From: Scyliorhinus canicula
Lineage: Eukaryota
Reading direction: 5' to 3'
NCBI RefSeq assembly: GCF_902713615.1
Contig: NW_024055478.1
Span: forward strand, 864,363-928,362
DNA: 64,000 nt
The position numbers and the translations under genes were made by a program. Of the stretch, positions 11,915-23,650 are shown in pieces. The notes beneath the pieces are model-generated. The model made no database searches. It had not been told where the DNA came from and saw only the letters and a program-made list of their open reading frames with translations. Numbering within the stretch: the first letter of the stretch is position 1; each line of letters begins with the position of its first letter.

Positions 11915-11987
11915 GGGCCAGTGGCGCAATGGATAACGCGTATGACTACGAATCAGGAGATTCCAGGTTCGACTCCTGGCTGGCTCG
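11915..11987 (+). tRNA. tRNA-Arg-ACG: tRNA-Arg-ACG (stem mismatches)
   Basis: GGGCCAGTGGCGCAATGGATAACGCGTATGACTACGAATCAGGAGATTCCAGGTTCGACTCCTGGCTGGCTCG. Confidence 0.85.
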
Positions 11988-12309
11988 CAGTTCCCAATTT
12001 TGGCGTCCCCTTTAGTTCAGTGGGTTGGACAGCTGGTTCCCGATGCAGAGCAAAGTGAGCAGGACATCATCAATTCTCGTTTCAGCTGTGGTTCCTTTTG
12101 AAACCCCTGCCCTCTCAATTTAACTACAAGGAAAACATAACTTATGTGCAGTTCAGCAAAGTTGATCCTTTGAAAAGTTGAGTTTTAAAGTTTTAAAGAA
12201 ACGGCTTCTTCCAATAAGTGACATGGTCTCTCAGCGGAACCGTTAGAAGCTGTAACAATGCATTGAGGTTCAACATTGCACACGGCCGCTGATTGTGATG
12301 CTCCCAGCA

Positions 12310-12382
12310 GTCTCTGTAGTGTAGTGGTTATCACATTCGCCTAACACGTGAAAGGTCCCCAGTTCGAAACCGGGCAACAACA
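12310..12382 (+). tRNA. tRNA-Val-AAC, several stem mismatches (probable pseudogene)
   Basis: GTCTCTGTAGTGTAGTGGTTATCACATTCGCCTAACACGTGAAAGGTCCCCAGTTCGAAACCGGGCAACAACA. Confidence 0.78.
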
Positions 12383-13109
12383 TTGCGTGCTTCTCATTTT
12401 GTGTGACGAATGTTTGCACAAAATAACTTTCTTCCTCAATCTCGCACGTTCGAGGAACATGAAATTTGGTCCCGCATGATATATTAAAATTCCTGCAACA
12501 AAGTCAGAAATACTGAATTTACAAGACGCCAGGGGAAGAAAAGCCTCCCCTATTTTGCCACGATTCGGATATTAGCAGTTTGTTCATCCACCACAGAATC
12601 TGTTGGGTTTACAGATGCAGATGAACATATTTAATCACCATTTCAAACATGTCTAAATGTACGATAAAAGCAACTTACTGCGTATGCGTCAATGGGAAAC
12701 ACAAACAGAAAACACAGGACAGTCTCATCAGGTCTGACAGCCTCTGTGGAGAGAGATGGCAAGTGTCGTTTCGAGTCTGGGTGACTCTTTGTCGAACTGG
12801 ACATTGGGCCTCGACCGACGGCCAGCCATGGGTGGAGAATAACAAAAATGTGTGGGTTGGAAAAAAAAGGGAATGTAAATGTTTCAAATCAGTGTTAAGA
12901 ACGGTGCTGATAGTGGCGATTAGAAGATTAGAATGTGTTAATGGCAGATGACAATGAGGAACAAGGGGCGGATTTCCCAAGAGGGATGCGATTGGCTAGG
13001 GGAATGGGGAGGGGGAGACCATGGGAGAGGAAGACATATCAATGGAAGCAATGAAATTAAGTTGATGTAAATAAACATGTGGTGAAGTGGGAGGAGTGAT
13101 TTTACGTTG

Positions 13110-13740
13110 CGAAGTTGTAGTCAATAAATAGGAGTCTGATGTCGGAGTCCTTGTTTTCGAGATGCTCTCGGGATGAGTGTAGGGCCAGGGAAATGGCGTC
13201 TGATGTGCACTGGTTAGGACGGTATGCGAATTGAAGTGGGTCAAGGCGTTGCGGGAGTATGGAGGTGCTGCGCTTCATGATCAGCCTCTCGAAGCACTTC
13301 ATTACAACTGACGTCAGGGCCACCGGGCGGTATTCATTGAGGCATGTTGCCTGGTTCTTCTTTGGTACCGGTATGATGGTGGTCTTCTTGAAGCAGGTGG
13401 GGACCTCGGAGTGGAGTAGGGATAGGTTAAAGATGTCTGTGAATACCTCTGCTAGCTGGTATGCACAGGCTCTGAGTGCACGACCAGGGATCCTGTCCCA
13501 GCCCATCGCCTTCCGTGGGTTCACTTTCAGGAAGGCCGATCTGACTTCGGAAACTTGATCGTGGATATGGGTGAATTATGGGCTGCTGGGGCACTCGACC
13601 GCGGATTGCTGGTTACCTGCTCAAACCGAGCATAGAATGCATTTAGTTTATCGGGGAGGGGTGCGCTGCTGCCAGAGATACTGCTCGGCTTTGCTTTGTA
13701 GCCCGTTATGTTGTTTAGTCCTTGCCACAACCGCCGAGAG
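13110..13740 (-). mobile_element. Rex1/Babar-like LINE reverse transcriptase fragment
   Basis: ORF 13102-13524 (-): ...[11 protein letters not shown]...[21 protein letters not shown]...[11 protein letters not shown]...LLFIDY. Confidence 0.85.
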
Positions 13741-14214
13741 TCTGTCTGTGACTCTAGCATCTGCGGAGAAAGCGGAAAATACTGGAACAACTCAGGGAGT
13801 CAGGCGGCATTTGTCCAAAGGACAATAAAGCTCGGCTTTCACCATCACCTTTCATTAAAACTGGGACAGGTTAGAAATGTAGGGCGTCTTAACCAAGTGA
13901 AATCCCGGAGGCAGCAAACAGAACAACAGGAAAGGGCTCTAATAGGGGACAAGTCAAGAGAGATTCAATGAGAAGAGGCCTTGGGTTCCTGCCCACAAGG
14001 GGAGGTTTGCATCAAATCAGAGAATGATTACACCACAGATTGAGGCCATTCCGCCCGCCGTGTCTGTGCCAGCTCTCTGTCAGATCAATGGAAGCAACAA
14101 ATGTCTGTTGAGCTTCTTTGGAACAATTCAAAGTCCGAGGTCCGGGAGGTCAGCGTTGAGATCCAGTTCTCCAGTCAGTTCAATTCTCCACTTGGGCTCT
14201 GTGGATTAGAAGGG

Positions 14215-14276
14215 CGTTGGTCTAGGGGTATGATTCTCGCTTTGGGTGTCTCGCTGTCGGAATTTGCGGGAGGTCC
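14215..14276 (+). pseudogene. Truncated intron-containing tRNA-Pro-TGG fragment
   Basis: cgttggtctaggggtatgattctcgctttggg[tgtctcgctgtcggaatt]tgcgggaggtcc; lacks both acceptor ends and the T arm. Confidence 0.8.
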
Positions 14277-15129
14277 AGCAGGCCGTATCCTTCAATGGTG
14301 CGGCGATCCCAATACCGCAGCCGGCTCACGGTACTTGTTATCACAACATTATCACATCTTGCTTTATTGCAGCAGAGAAATGCATTCCTCTGATTGCCAG
14401 CGACACCCCAGTGAAAGACAAGGCCAGTAAAATTGGGCAGCCAATACCTGGACATAAATATGTACGTAGAAATCCTGGAAGTTTGTCACTCGCGGAATTA
14501 TTATAGTGCCAGGAATGTTATAGCACTCAGAATCACAGATGCACAGAACCAAGCAATTCAGATGAGGCCTTCCGGTCAATCGAGTCTGCACCAACATGTG
14601 AAAAATACAGGACTAACTACAGGACCTCATTTGTCAGCACGTGTTCCATAGCCTTGAATGTGAAGACGTGCCATGTGTTCAGCCAGGTACTATTTAATGG
14701 ATGTGAAGCACACTGCCTCTACCACCCTCCCACGTAGTTTACTCCAAACAGTCACCATCCTCTGGCCAAATAAGATTTTCCTCAAATTCACCATAACCTC
14801 CTGCCCCTCACCTTGAACTTGTGTCCTCCCGTAACTGACCCTTCAACTAAGGGGAACAACTGCTCCCTATCCACCCTGCCATGCCCCTCATAATCTTGTA
14901 CACCCAAAACTATGCAACGTCTCTTCATAACATAAATGGGCGAAGTATGTCCCTGATCTGCGTGGGAATCGAACAGAAGACATGTCGTGTCAACAGAAAT
15001 TTCAGGTATTTTCGATCGAAAAATTGATTTCTATTAAAGTCTAAACCTGGCACCATGTGCTTCCCATGTCCCAACTGATAGTAATTCTCATGTTGCTCGG
15101 CGGTTATTATACATTAAGCGTACATTGTC

Positions 15130-15440
15130 GTAATAATAATCTTCACTAGTGTCATAAGTAGGCTTCCATTAACACTGCAATGAAGTTACTGTGAAAATTC
15201 CCGAGTCACCACACTCCGGCCCCTGTTCAGGTACACAGAGGGAGAATGCAGAATGTCCAATTCGCCTAACAGCACGTCCTTTCGGGATTTGAGGGAGGAA
15301 ACCGGAGCACCCGGAGGAAACCCACGTAGACACGGGGAGGACGTGCAGACTTCGCACAGATAGAGAACCAAGCCGGGAATCAAACGCGGGTCCTAGGAGC
15401 ATGTGGCAGCAGAGCAACCCACTGAGCCACAGTGCCGCCC
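15130..15440 (-). mobile_element. tRNA-derived SINE (HE1/V-SINE-like)
   Basis: Reverse complement starts GGGCGGCACTGTGGCTCAGTGGG...; central GTCTACGTGGGTTTCCTCCGGGTGCTCCGGTTTCCTCCC; ends in an (ATT)n tail. Confidence 0.8.
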
Positions 15441-15894
15441 ATTAAGTACCTTGTACATTTTGTACCGCAGAACGTATTGATCCATTCTGCTTTGCGTTAA
15501 AAGAACAGATAACGAGGAGTCTTTGTCCTTGGACTTTCTGCAAGAGCAGGCCATGATTTTCGTCCATCTCCTCAGTTGAGTGCCACCCTCTGCCGGTAGG
15601 TAGATATTCTGGTTTTAAAGTTACAATACAATTTGCGGTATGATAGACCATAATGAGACCATAAGACTATTAGACATAGGAGCAGAATTAGGTCACTTGG
15701 CCCATCGAGTCCGCTCTGCCATTCAATCATGGCTGATGTTTTCAACCATAGCTCTCAAGATTTCCCAAACTATTCCTCTCTTGATAGACACAAGGACAGA
15801 GACATGCCCGGTAAATAGACATGATTGCTTGCCTGAGTCTGGGATCAATTCCTTCTCGGAAAGGAACCTCAGTGATGCTGTAAACACTCACTCA

Positions 15895-15933
15895 GGGTTG
15901 TGTACGGGGCTTTAGGTTTTCTCGAACGCTGTT
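15895..15933 (-). other. 23-RSS of V pseudogene, defective heptamer
   Basis: AACAGCG-23 nt-ACACAACCC. Confidence 0.7.
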
Positions 15934-16644
15934 TCTCAGTGCGCAGTAATAGACCTCCCCATCCTCCACGTCGAATGCGCTTATACTGAGGTAACCGTTC
16001 TGTTTAGATTTGTCAGCAAACGCCAGATATCGTCCTGAACCCACATCTTTCTTCATTGCTGAGTTGTTGGTGATAATCCATCTCGGTGGCTGTGCTGGTT
16101 TCTCCTGATATCATTGCATTTTGTACATGTTGGGGCCTTTATATTGGCAATTTAACTTCACCGAACCCCCTTGTGGGACTGTTATTGTCATTGCTGACTG
16201 GGCTACTGGATTGAACATTGCCGGCCTGCGAAAGTGAAGGAATGAAATGAACAGATTGTTGTTCCTTTACACAGTTAGAGTTTTTTCAATTAAGAGGTGT
16301 TTTTTAGCGTGGCTAGTCCACTTAGCCTGTACATCTAGGTTGTGGGAGTGAGAATGTTCAAACACCACACGGGCAGTGACCTGGGACCGGGATCGAACCC
16401 GTGTTCTCAGTGCAATGAGGTAGCAGTGCCAACCATTGCGCCACCGTGCCGCCCTGAGTTTAAACAGAGTTGATATAAATCTACTTGTATCTGCGGCATT
16501 TTTTGGGATCTCTGATGCAGGCACTTCATAGACATTCCCGATCGTTAATTACACAGAGCCTACGTGTATTAATATGCTAATCTGGTTTAATTAACACTAT
16601 TACTACTTACTGTGCCAAAGCGCCGCCAGTATTATCACAACCAT
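15934..16644 (-). pseudogene. TCR alpha/delta-type V pseudogene (short-leader family, member 1)
   Basis: Leader MVVIILAALWH + GTAAGT donor (16611-16644). V exon ...GGSVKLNCQY...MQ*YQEKPAQPP...GRYLAFADKSKQNGYLSISAFDVEDGEVYYCALR; the conserved Trp is TGA. Confidence 0.88.
16325..16455 (-). mobile_element. HE1/V-SINE-like fragment in the V leader intron
   Basis: Reverse complement GGGCGGCACGGTGGCGCAATGGTTGGCACTGCTACCTCATTGCACTGAGAACACGGGTTCGATCCCGGTCCC. Confidence 0.75.
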
Positions 16645-16740
16645 GTCTGACTGAATCTCTCCCAGTGAACTGGACGAGACTGAGTCAGGGATTGTGTAGG
16701 AGAGAGGGAATTTAGTGCAGTGCAGGGAGAGGGTCTATTG

Positions 16741-16750
16741 TGACATCACT
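16741..16750 (-). promoter_or_regulatory. CRE-like TCR V promoter decamer AGTGATGTCA
   Basis: About 100 bp upstream of the V ATG; the same decamer lies upstream of the paralogue at 27818. Confidence 0.6.
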
Positions 16751-16816
16751 CGCCTCCCATCCTATCGGCTTGGCCGACACCATCAGGTGAGTTTCTGACG
16801 CCCGTGCTTGAATTTG

Positions 16817-16830
16817 GCGCCCTCTGCTGC
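16817..16830 (-). promoter_or_regulatory. CTCF-like motif GCAGCAGAGGGCGC upstream of V
   Basis: 13/14 match to CCAGCAGAGGGCGC. Confidence 0.55.
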
Positions 16831-17317
16831 CGGATTCGGTTTACTCCGTGTTGGAATTCGGCTGTTCAGTGGATTCGGTGTTGACTGCAATGCATATCAG
16901 GACGGGAAACCTAGACAGAAATCTAAATTTCAGCTGTTTATACACTATCTTTGTCACTATAGGTGTTTCTAATCAAAAAACTATGCTTAATCTGTGCAAA
17001 TCATCCCTGGAGTTCTCGGTTCACACCTTAGGACGAAGTCGAAAGAATGCCAAGACTTTGGTGGACATGCGGAGGTTAGAACTCAGAATAATAGCAGGGC
17101 TCAACAGACTAGTTTTCTTTATTTTGGTTCTGACGAAGAAGGTACAAAAGGGGAACTGCTCTGAACATCGCTTTTTTCAGAGACCAAATTGTCTGGAATT
17201 ATTTTCATTAGCTGAAGGTGAAATGTCCTATGAAGAAAATAGGTGAATGATATTTCATGCTGCAAGTGTTTGCGAGACAAAGAAACGTTATAGAGGACTT
17301 TGGATGGATCAGCACCG

Positions 17318-17389
17318 AGGCACGGGCGGGATTCGAACCCGCGATTTTTTGTTTACGAAACCAGCGCTTTTCCTCTTGGCCACCGCACC
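17318..17389 (-). tRNA. tRNA-Thr-CGT: tRNA-Thr-CGT, degenerate (probable pseudogene)
   Basis: Reverse complement GGTGCGGTGGCCAAGAGGAAAAGCGCTGGTTTCGTAAACAAAAAATCGCGGGTTCGAATCCCGCCCGTGCCT; anticodon stem broken, B box intact. Confidence 0.8.
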
Positions 17390-18468
17390 TTATGCAAGTA
17401 AATGATGTTGATTGCACTGTGAGTTGTTATCATTTGGAGTCTGGCGCAACAATTGATGAGAGATGAGGAATCAATAGAACATTTCAAAAAGTATTGTCAG
17501 AACTTGAGAACGGAAAACACCGCGGGATTTAAATGCAGGGTGAAAAGGGCAATAGAAAAAGTTATTTCAAATCGGCGCAGGTAGCGTCAGTTCAATCTGC
17601 CCCCACCCCTCCGACACTATATTGTTCTCAGTGAGTTGAGCAGGTGCAGGATGGTCACGGGATGCTGGGTGCTCAACTGTCGCTATTTCCGCTCCATCAC
17701 TTGTGACTGCAGCTGATAACCGCCGCACAATTTTCAGCTTTGAGTCTGCGGTGCGCCGGTCACAGTTTCCGTTTGATGGCCTCGCTCCAACACCATTGGG
17801 ATATTTTAGACATTGCTGCCGCTGCTCGATTCCTGTCATTGGTTGGATCAGCAATGCAGTGGGACCTGAATCTGGATTGCTGCTCTGACAGATAATTGCC
17901 TGCGCTAAAGAGCGATTGATTCAGGAACTGTCACGGGGAACTGCCTCTTCACCCTCTTCGTTATGATCTCGCTACTCAGTATTTCCTTCACTGCAAAACC
18001 CCCATTCTCCCCTTACTGAGTAACCAGATATTATTGTTAATTAAATAATAATGAGTATGGTTCAGGTGACCGTTACGTTGGTCAATATGAGGCTGATTCT
18101 GAATTTTGAGATTATTATTGTTTTCTGTTCGTTTCTATCAGACTGGAGCCACCAAGACCCAGTGGAACATCTGGACGCTGAAATGAGGGTTGAAGAGGAT
18201 ACTGACGCCACACAGCAGTACAATCGATACTGACGATCCTGATACACAGTCAGCATCCGGGCAGCCTCCACGGTTCATATTCCGTCTGATTGGAGAGAAT
18301 CTGCGTAGCAGCAAATGTAGAAGTGATCGCAATATGACACATATATAGAGAAATACCAGCACACAAATATAGAGATCGCTATATGTGTCTGTGCCGTCAA
18401 TCACATTATAGCAGAAAGACAGTGGGTCCCAGAAACAAACCGACACCGAGAGGGGTAGGGGTATATGT

Positions 18469-18499
<31 letters not shown>

Positions 18500-19772
18500 G
18501 TGGGGGGGTGATATTCATCTCTCAAGGTGGATGCGAGAGGGCGGTCAGAAAGACCATTGCCATTGATTATTATGTGAAAATGGAGCAAGACGGGTTATTG
18601 GGTTGGATTTGCTTATTATCGAGGTACAGTGAAAAGTATTTCCTGCAAGCAGCTCAACAGATCATTCAGTACATGGAAGAAGAGGGAATTAAACAAAATT
18701 CAACAAAATACAAGAAAATACATGGGACTACGTAATAGGGCAACACAAGATATACAATGTAACTACATATGCATTGGCATCGGTTGAAGCACACAGGGTG
18801 TAGTGTTAATGAGGTCAGTCAATAAGAGAGTCATTTAGGAGTCTGGTGACAGTCGGGAAGAAGCTGTTTTTGAGTCTGTTCGTGCGTGTTCCCAAACTTC
18901 TGTATCTCCTGCCCGATGGAAGAAGTTGGAAAAGTGAGTAAGGCGGGTGGGAGGGATCCTTGATTATGCTGCCCTCTTTCCCCCGCAGCGGGAGGTGTAG
19001 ATGGAGTCCATGGATGGGAGGCAGGTTCGTGTGATGGACTGGGCGATATTCACGACTCTCTGAAGTTACTTGCGGTCCTGGGCCGAGCAGTTGCCATACC
19101 AGGCTGTGATGCAGCCCGATAGGATGCTTTCTGTAGTGCACGTGTAACAGTTGGTAAGGGTTAATGTGGACATGCCGAATTTCCTTAGTTTCCTGAGGAA
19201 GTGTAGGCGCTGTTGTGCTTTCTTAGTGATAGCGTCGACGTGAGTGGACCAGGACAGAGTTTTGGTGATGTGCACCCCTAGGAATTTGAAACTGCTAACC
19301 ATCTCCACCTCGTCCACGTTGATGCTGACAGGGGTGTGTACAGTACTTTGCTTCCTGAAGTCGATGACCAGCTCTTTAGTTTTGCTGGCATTGAGGGAGA
19401 GATTGTTGTCGTTACACCACTCCACTAGGTTCTCTATCTCCCTCCTGTATTCGGACTCGTCGTTATTCAAGATCCGACCCACTCTGGTCGTATAGTCAGC
19501 CAACTTGTAGATGGAGTTGGAACCAAGTTTTGCCACGCAGTCGTATGTGTACAGGGAGTAGAGTAGGGGGCTAAGTACCCAGCCTTGTGGGGCATCGGTA
19601 TTGAGGACTATTGTGGAGGAGGTGTTGGTGTTCATTCTTACTGATTGTGGTCTGTTGGTCAGAAAGTCAAGGATCCAGTTGCAGAGTGGAGAGCCAAGTC
19701 CTAGGTTTTGGAGCTTTGATATGAGCTTGGCTGGGATTATGGTGTTGAAGGCGGAGCTGTAGTCAATAAATA

Positions 19773-19944
19773 AATGAATGAAAAATGAAAATCACTTATT
19801 GTCACGAGTAGGCTTCAATGAAGTTACTGTGAAAAGCCCCGAGTCACCACATTCCGGCACCTGGTACAGGAATCGAACCGTGCTGCTGGCCTGCTTGGTC
19901 TGCTTTAAAAGCCAGCGATTTAGCCTGGTGAGCTTCACCAGCCC
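19773..19944 (-). mobile_element. Short tRNA-derived SINE (second family; copies also at 21088-21255 and 46231-46408)
   Basis: GGGCTGGT...GCTAAATCGCTGGCTTTTAAAGCAGACCAAGCAGGCCAGCAGCACGGTTCGATTCC...ACAGTAACTTCATTGAAGCCTACTCGTGACAATAAG + (CATTT)n tail. Confidence 0.75.
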
Positions 19945-20497
19945 TTGGAGTCTGATGTAGGAGTCCTTGTTTTCGAGATGCTCTAGGGATGAGTGTAGGG
20001 CCAGGGAAATGGCGTCTGATGTGGACCAGTTGCGATGGTATGCGAATTGAAGTGGGTCAAGGCGTTCCAGGAGTATGGAGGTGATGCGCTTCATGATCAG
20101 CCTCTCGAAGCACTTCATTACAACTGACGTCAGGGCCGCCGGAGGGTAGTCATTGAGGCATGTTGCCTCGTTCTTCTTTGGTACCGGTATGATGGTGGTC
20201 TTCTTGAAGCAGGTGGGGACCTCGGTGTGGAGTAGGGATAGGTTAAAGATGTCTGTGAATACCTCTGCCAGCTGGTATGCGCAGGCTCTGAGTGCATGAC
20301 CAGGGATCCCGTCCGGGCCCGTCGCCTTCCGTGGGTTCACTTTCAGGAAGGCCGATCTGACTTCGGAAACATGATGGTGGGTATGGGTGAATTAAGAGCT
20401 GCTGGGGCACTCGACAGCGGATTGTTGGTTACCTGCTCAAACCGAGCATAGAATGCATTAAGTTCGTCGGGAAGGGATGCGCTGCTGCCAGAGATAC

Positions 20498-20668
20498 AGT
20501 AAGAAGTCTTACAACACCAGGTTAAAGTCCAGCAGGTTTGTTTCAAACACGAGCTTTCGGAGCGCAGCTCCTTCCTCAGGTGAATCACAAAACAGAATCA
20601 TTTAACCTGGTGTTGTAAGACTTCTTACTGTGCTCACCGCAGTCCAACGCCGGCATCTCCACATCATG
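20498..20668. mobile_element. 171-bp mini Penelope-like insertion with 11-bp TSD and inverted pLTR ends
   Basis: GCCAGAGATAC at 20487-20497 and 20669-20679; agtaagaagtcttacaacaccaggttaaa is inverted at ~20602-20630. Confidence 0.8.
20542..20586 (-). ncRNA. Minimal hammerhead ribozyme motif (PLE type)
   Basis: Reverse complement CAC-CUGAGGA-A-GGAGC ugc GCUCC-GAA-AGCU-C-GUG. Confidence 0.7.
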
Positions 20669-21087
20669 GCCAGAGATACTGCTCGACCCGGTCCGGTTAT
20701 GTAGATCTTTGGGCTTTTTTTCTGAGGGATTCTTCTCCAGAGACCGCTGAGATAGGCCCGTTGAAGATTTTAAGACAGATGTGGTTGGATTCTCAACTGA
20801 AAAGGTAATCAAAGGTTATCCGGGGTCGGTGAAATGTGAATCTGAGGTCATGTTCGCATCTGTCACGAGCTTATTGAATGTTGGAGAAGGCTCAAGGGGA
20901 TGAATAGCCAACTCCTGCTCAACGTTCGTCTGTTAGCAGGTCCGTGAGGAGGTGTCACAATCTCCTGAGTTATCGAGGGAGACACAGCATCGTTGAGCTA
21001 TTCCCCAGCTCGGAGCAATGAAGGATATTACAGCGATAGAGGCAACTCCATGCCGCAGCCGGTGCACGGTACGTGTTATCAGAACAG

Positions 21088-21255
21088 GAAAATCGCTTAT
21101 TGTCACGAGTCGGCTTCAAATTAAGTTACTCTGAAAATCCCCAGTCGTCACATTCCGGCGCCTGCTCGGGGAGGCTGTTACGGGAATCGAACCGTGCTGC
21201 TGGCCTGCTTGGTCTGCTTTCAAAGCCAGCGATTTAGCCCTGTCCTAAACAGCCC
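21088..21255 (-). mobile_element. Short SINE, same family as 19773-19944
   Basis: Direct sequence similarity. Confidence 0.75.
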
Positions 21256-21290
21256 CTAAAAACATATCATCCAGGAGTGGAACAACAATT

Positions 21291-21307
21291 CGTCTCTGGG
21301 TGGGATC

Positions 21308-21364
<57 letters not shown>
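21291..21364 (-). tRNA. tRNA-Asn-GTT: tRNA-Asn-GTT
   Basis: Reverse complement GTCTCCGTGGCGCAATCGGTTAGCGCGTTCGGCTGTTAACCGAAAGGTTGGTGGTTCGATCCCACCCAGAGACG; one acceptor mismatch; T5 about 28 nt downstream. Confidence 0.92.
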
Positions 21365-22001
21365 GACAACAGGATCACAACTCTGTGCATTTCAACAGTG
21401 ACGGCCAATCCTCTGATTGCCAGGGACCGAATGAGAATGCTGGTAATATTGGTCCCCTGAGGCAGTGCGGAAAATATCTGGAAGGAGCGTACACATGGTC
21501 CCGCGGGCATGGACATTTGTGAGACGTGGAATCATCACAGGCCCGTGGATTTTACAGAACTCACTTGGACAGCACCACACTTTCTTTGAAACACGTCCCT
21601 TATCTGGGAACCTCCATAACAGAAAGCAGGAAGTGTCAACATAGATTTGATGTATTTTCGATCGGAAAGTCGATGTTCTACTGAAGACTACTGGGGCTCA
21701 GACTCGTTGGCATAAGGTCGACCTAAGTTAACGGTCCTGGAAGATTTTATTATCCCCACATCTGAGAACTTTCATTACTGCTGCTCGGAAGTGGATATTC
21801 CAAGCTTAAATTTACTGTGCATCGCGACATGCTGATTAATCTCACGAATCCGAAACGGATCCTCTATTGACCTATACAAGGACAGAGACGGCAATGCAAT
21901 TGTGGAGAAATAGACCTGAGTATTTTTCTGAATCCAGATCAAACCATCCTCCGGTACAAGGGCAGGAACGCAAATTTACTGGAATTGAAAATACTCTCTG
22001 A

Positions 22002-22040
22002 GGCTTTCGTACGTGGTTGTAGCTGCTTTGTGACACTGTG
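22002..22040 (-). other. 23-RSS
   Basis: CACAGTG-23 nt-ACGAAAGCC. Confidence 0.85.
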
Positions 22041-22281
22041 CTCATTGCACAGTAATAGACCGCCCCGTCCTCCACACTGAGCGCGTTTATATTGAGGTAA
22101 CCATTCTTTTTAGACTTGTTGGCAGCCGCCAGATATCGTCCTGAGATCTCCTCTTTCTTCATCGTCAATATGTTAATGATGACCAATCTCGGCGGCTGTG
22201 CCGGCTTTTGCTGATACCATAGCATGTGGTACATCGTCCGGTCTGTATATTCGCAATCTAACTGCACTGAACCCCCTTCTG
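22041..22281 (-). pseudogene. TCR alpha/delta-type V, 5'-truncated (short-leader family, member 2); remaining frame open
   Basis: EGGSVQLDCEYTDRTMYHMLWYQQKPAQPPRL...GRYLAAANKSKKNGYLNINALSVEDGAVYYCAM; leader and FR1 start replaced by tRNA-repeat DNA at ~22282. Confidence 0.9.
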
Positions 22282-22452
22282 ATTTCTAACCTGTCCCGGT
22301 TTTAATGAAAGGTGATGGTGAAAGACGAACTTAGTTGTCCTGTCGACAAATGCCGCCTGACTACCTGAGATGTTGCAGTACTTTTGGCGTTCTCCGCAGA
22401 TGTTAGATTGATTTTCGATGGCAATGACAGTATGGTTTGGCTCTTTCCGTGG

Positions 22453-22542
22453 GGCTCGTTGGTCTAGGGGTATGATTCTCGCTTTGGGTTTGTCTTTGTC
22501 GGAGTTTGCGAGAGGCCCCGTGTTCAAATCCTCAATAAGCGC
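22453..22542 (+). pseudogene. Intron-containing tRNA-Pro-TGG, degenerate 3' half
   Basis: Intron tttgtctttgtcggagtt (18 nt); T arm and acceptor mutated (ccccgtgttcaaatcctcaataagcgc). Confidence 0.8.
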
Positions 22543-23650
22543 TTCAATGAGGTTTTCCGTTGGTCAAGCTGCATGTTTCCTTCACTTCTTTGCAGCGGAG
22601 ACGGCGGGATTCATTCACATTGGGTTTGCTTTGAGAAGCTGAGCTCAAACTGCATGGATCCAGTACGTTCCCGAGAAGCTTGTCTATGTGTGGGCATTCA
22701 CATTTCTATTGACTATTTCTGGTGGACTCAGACAGCTCTTTGTCCCTTTCATTTTATCAGTTCAACAACTTCAGACTGTGAACTCTCACTTCCCCCTCCA
22801 CCACATGTTTTTTCCATCAACTTATCATCCCTTCCATTGATATGTTTTACCCTCAGCATTGCCCCCCTCCCCCAGCCCATACCATCCTACTTCAGCAATC
22901 TGATCCCTGTTTGTAATTGTTCTCTGACACATTGCTTACCTTTGTTCTGCCATTAACACATTCTGACCGCTTGATGCGCCATCAGCACCTTTCATAGCCT
23001 TGATTAGCCTCATTTACATTCCCATTTTCTTTCTGTCCGAGACAATTTCGTCATTTCCCACCTATTGCTAGCCCTCTATCGAGGCCCAATACAGCACGCC
23101 ACCACCCCCACCCCCCACCCACAATCGTCTGAATCTCCTGTTCCAGTTCTCCAGCTTTGACAAAGTGTCCACTTGACTGGAAACGACAGCTGCCATTTCG
23201 CTCCCCAGAGGCTGTCTGACCTGCTGAGATTATCCAGTATCTTCTATTTTTGTTTCCGTCTGAAGTCTCCGCAGTAAGTTGCATTTGTCATACATTTAGA
23301 CATGTTTGACATGGTGATTAAATATGTTCATTTGTTATGTTTTATATTTTCTGTAAAAAATTCTAATAAAAATTACATTAAAAAAAAATATGTTCATTTG
23401 TAAATCGCTGAAATTCTGTTGTGGATGAACTAGCTGCTAATATCCGAGCTGTGCCAAGGTATGAAAATTCTTCACCTCTCATTGCCTGCCGAAAATTCAG
23501 TGCTTTAATGTTCAATTCAGTTTAGTGGCTCATGTGAGACGAAATCTCATAGTCCTGGAACACATGAGATTCCGGCAACATTCATGAACAGAATTATTTT
23601 ATGCCCAATAATTGTGCAAACTTTTCTCACACGAGATGCTAAATGTTCGA

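Larger units (their letters stand above)
7780..12990. repeat. Second tRNA repeat type (Val-Arg-Val block), two diverged copies about 3.13 kb apart plus a partial copy
   Basis: 8621/11755, 8787/11915 and 9172/12310 offsets are 3134, 3128 and 3138; flanks are shared. An extra Val lies at 11033. Confidence 0.85.
18700..20690 (-). mobile_element. Rex1/Babar-like LINE (RT region to 3' end), decayed; interrupted by a SINE (19773-19944) and a mini-Penelope (20498-20668)
   Basis: ORFs 19792-20340 and 19066-19635 (-): [42 protein letters not shown] (FADD-like), [26 protein letters not shown]. Confidence 0.88.
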
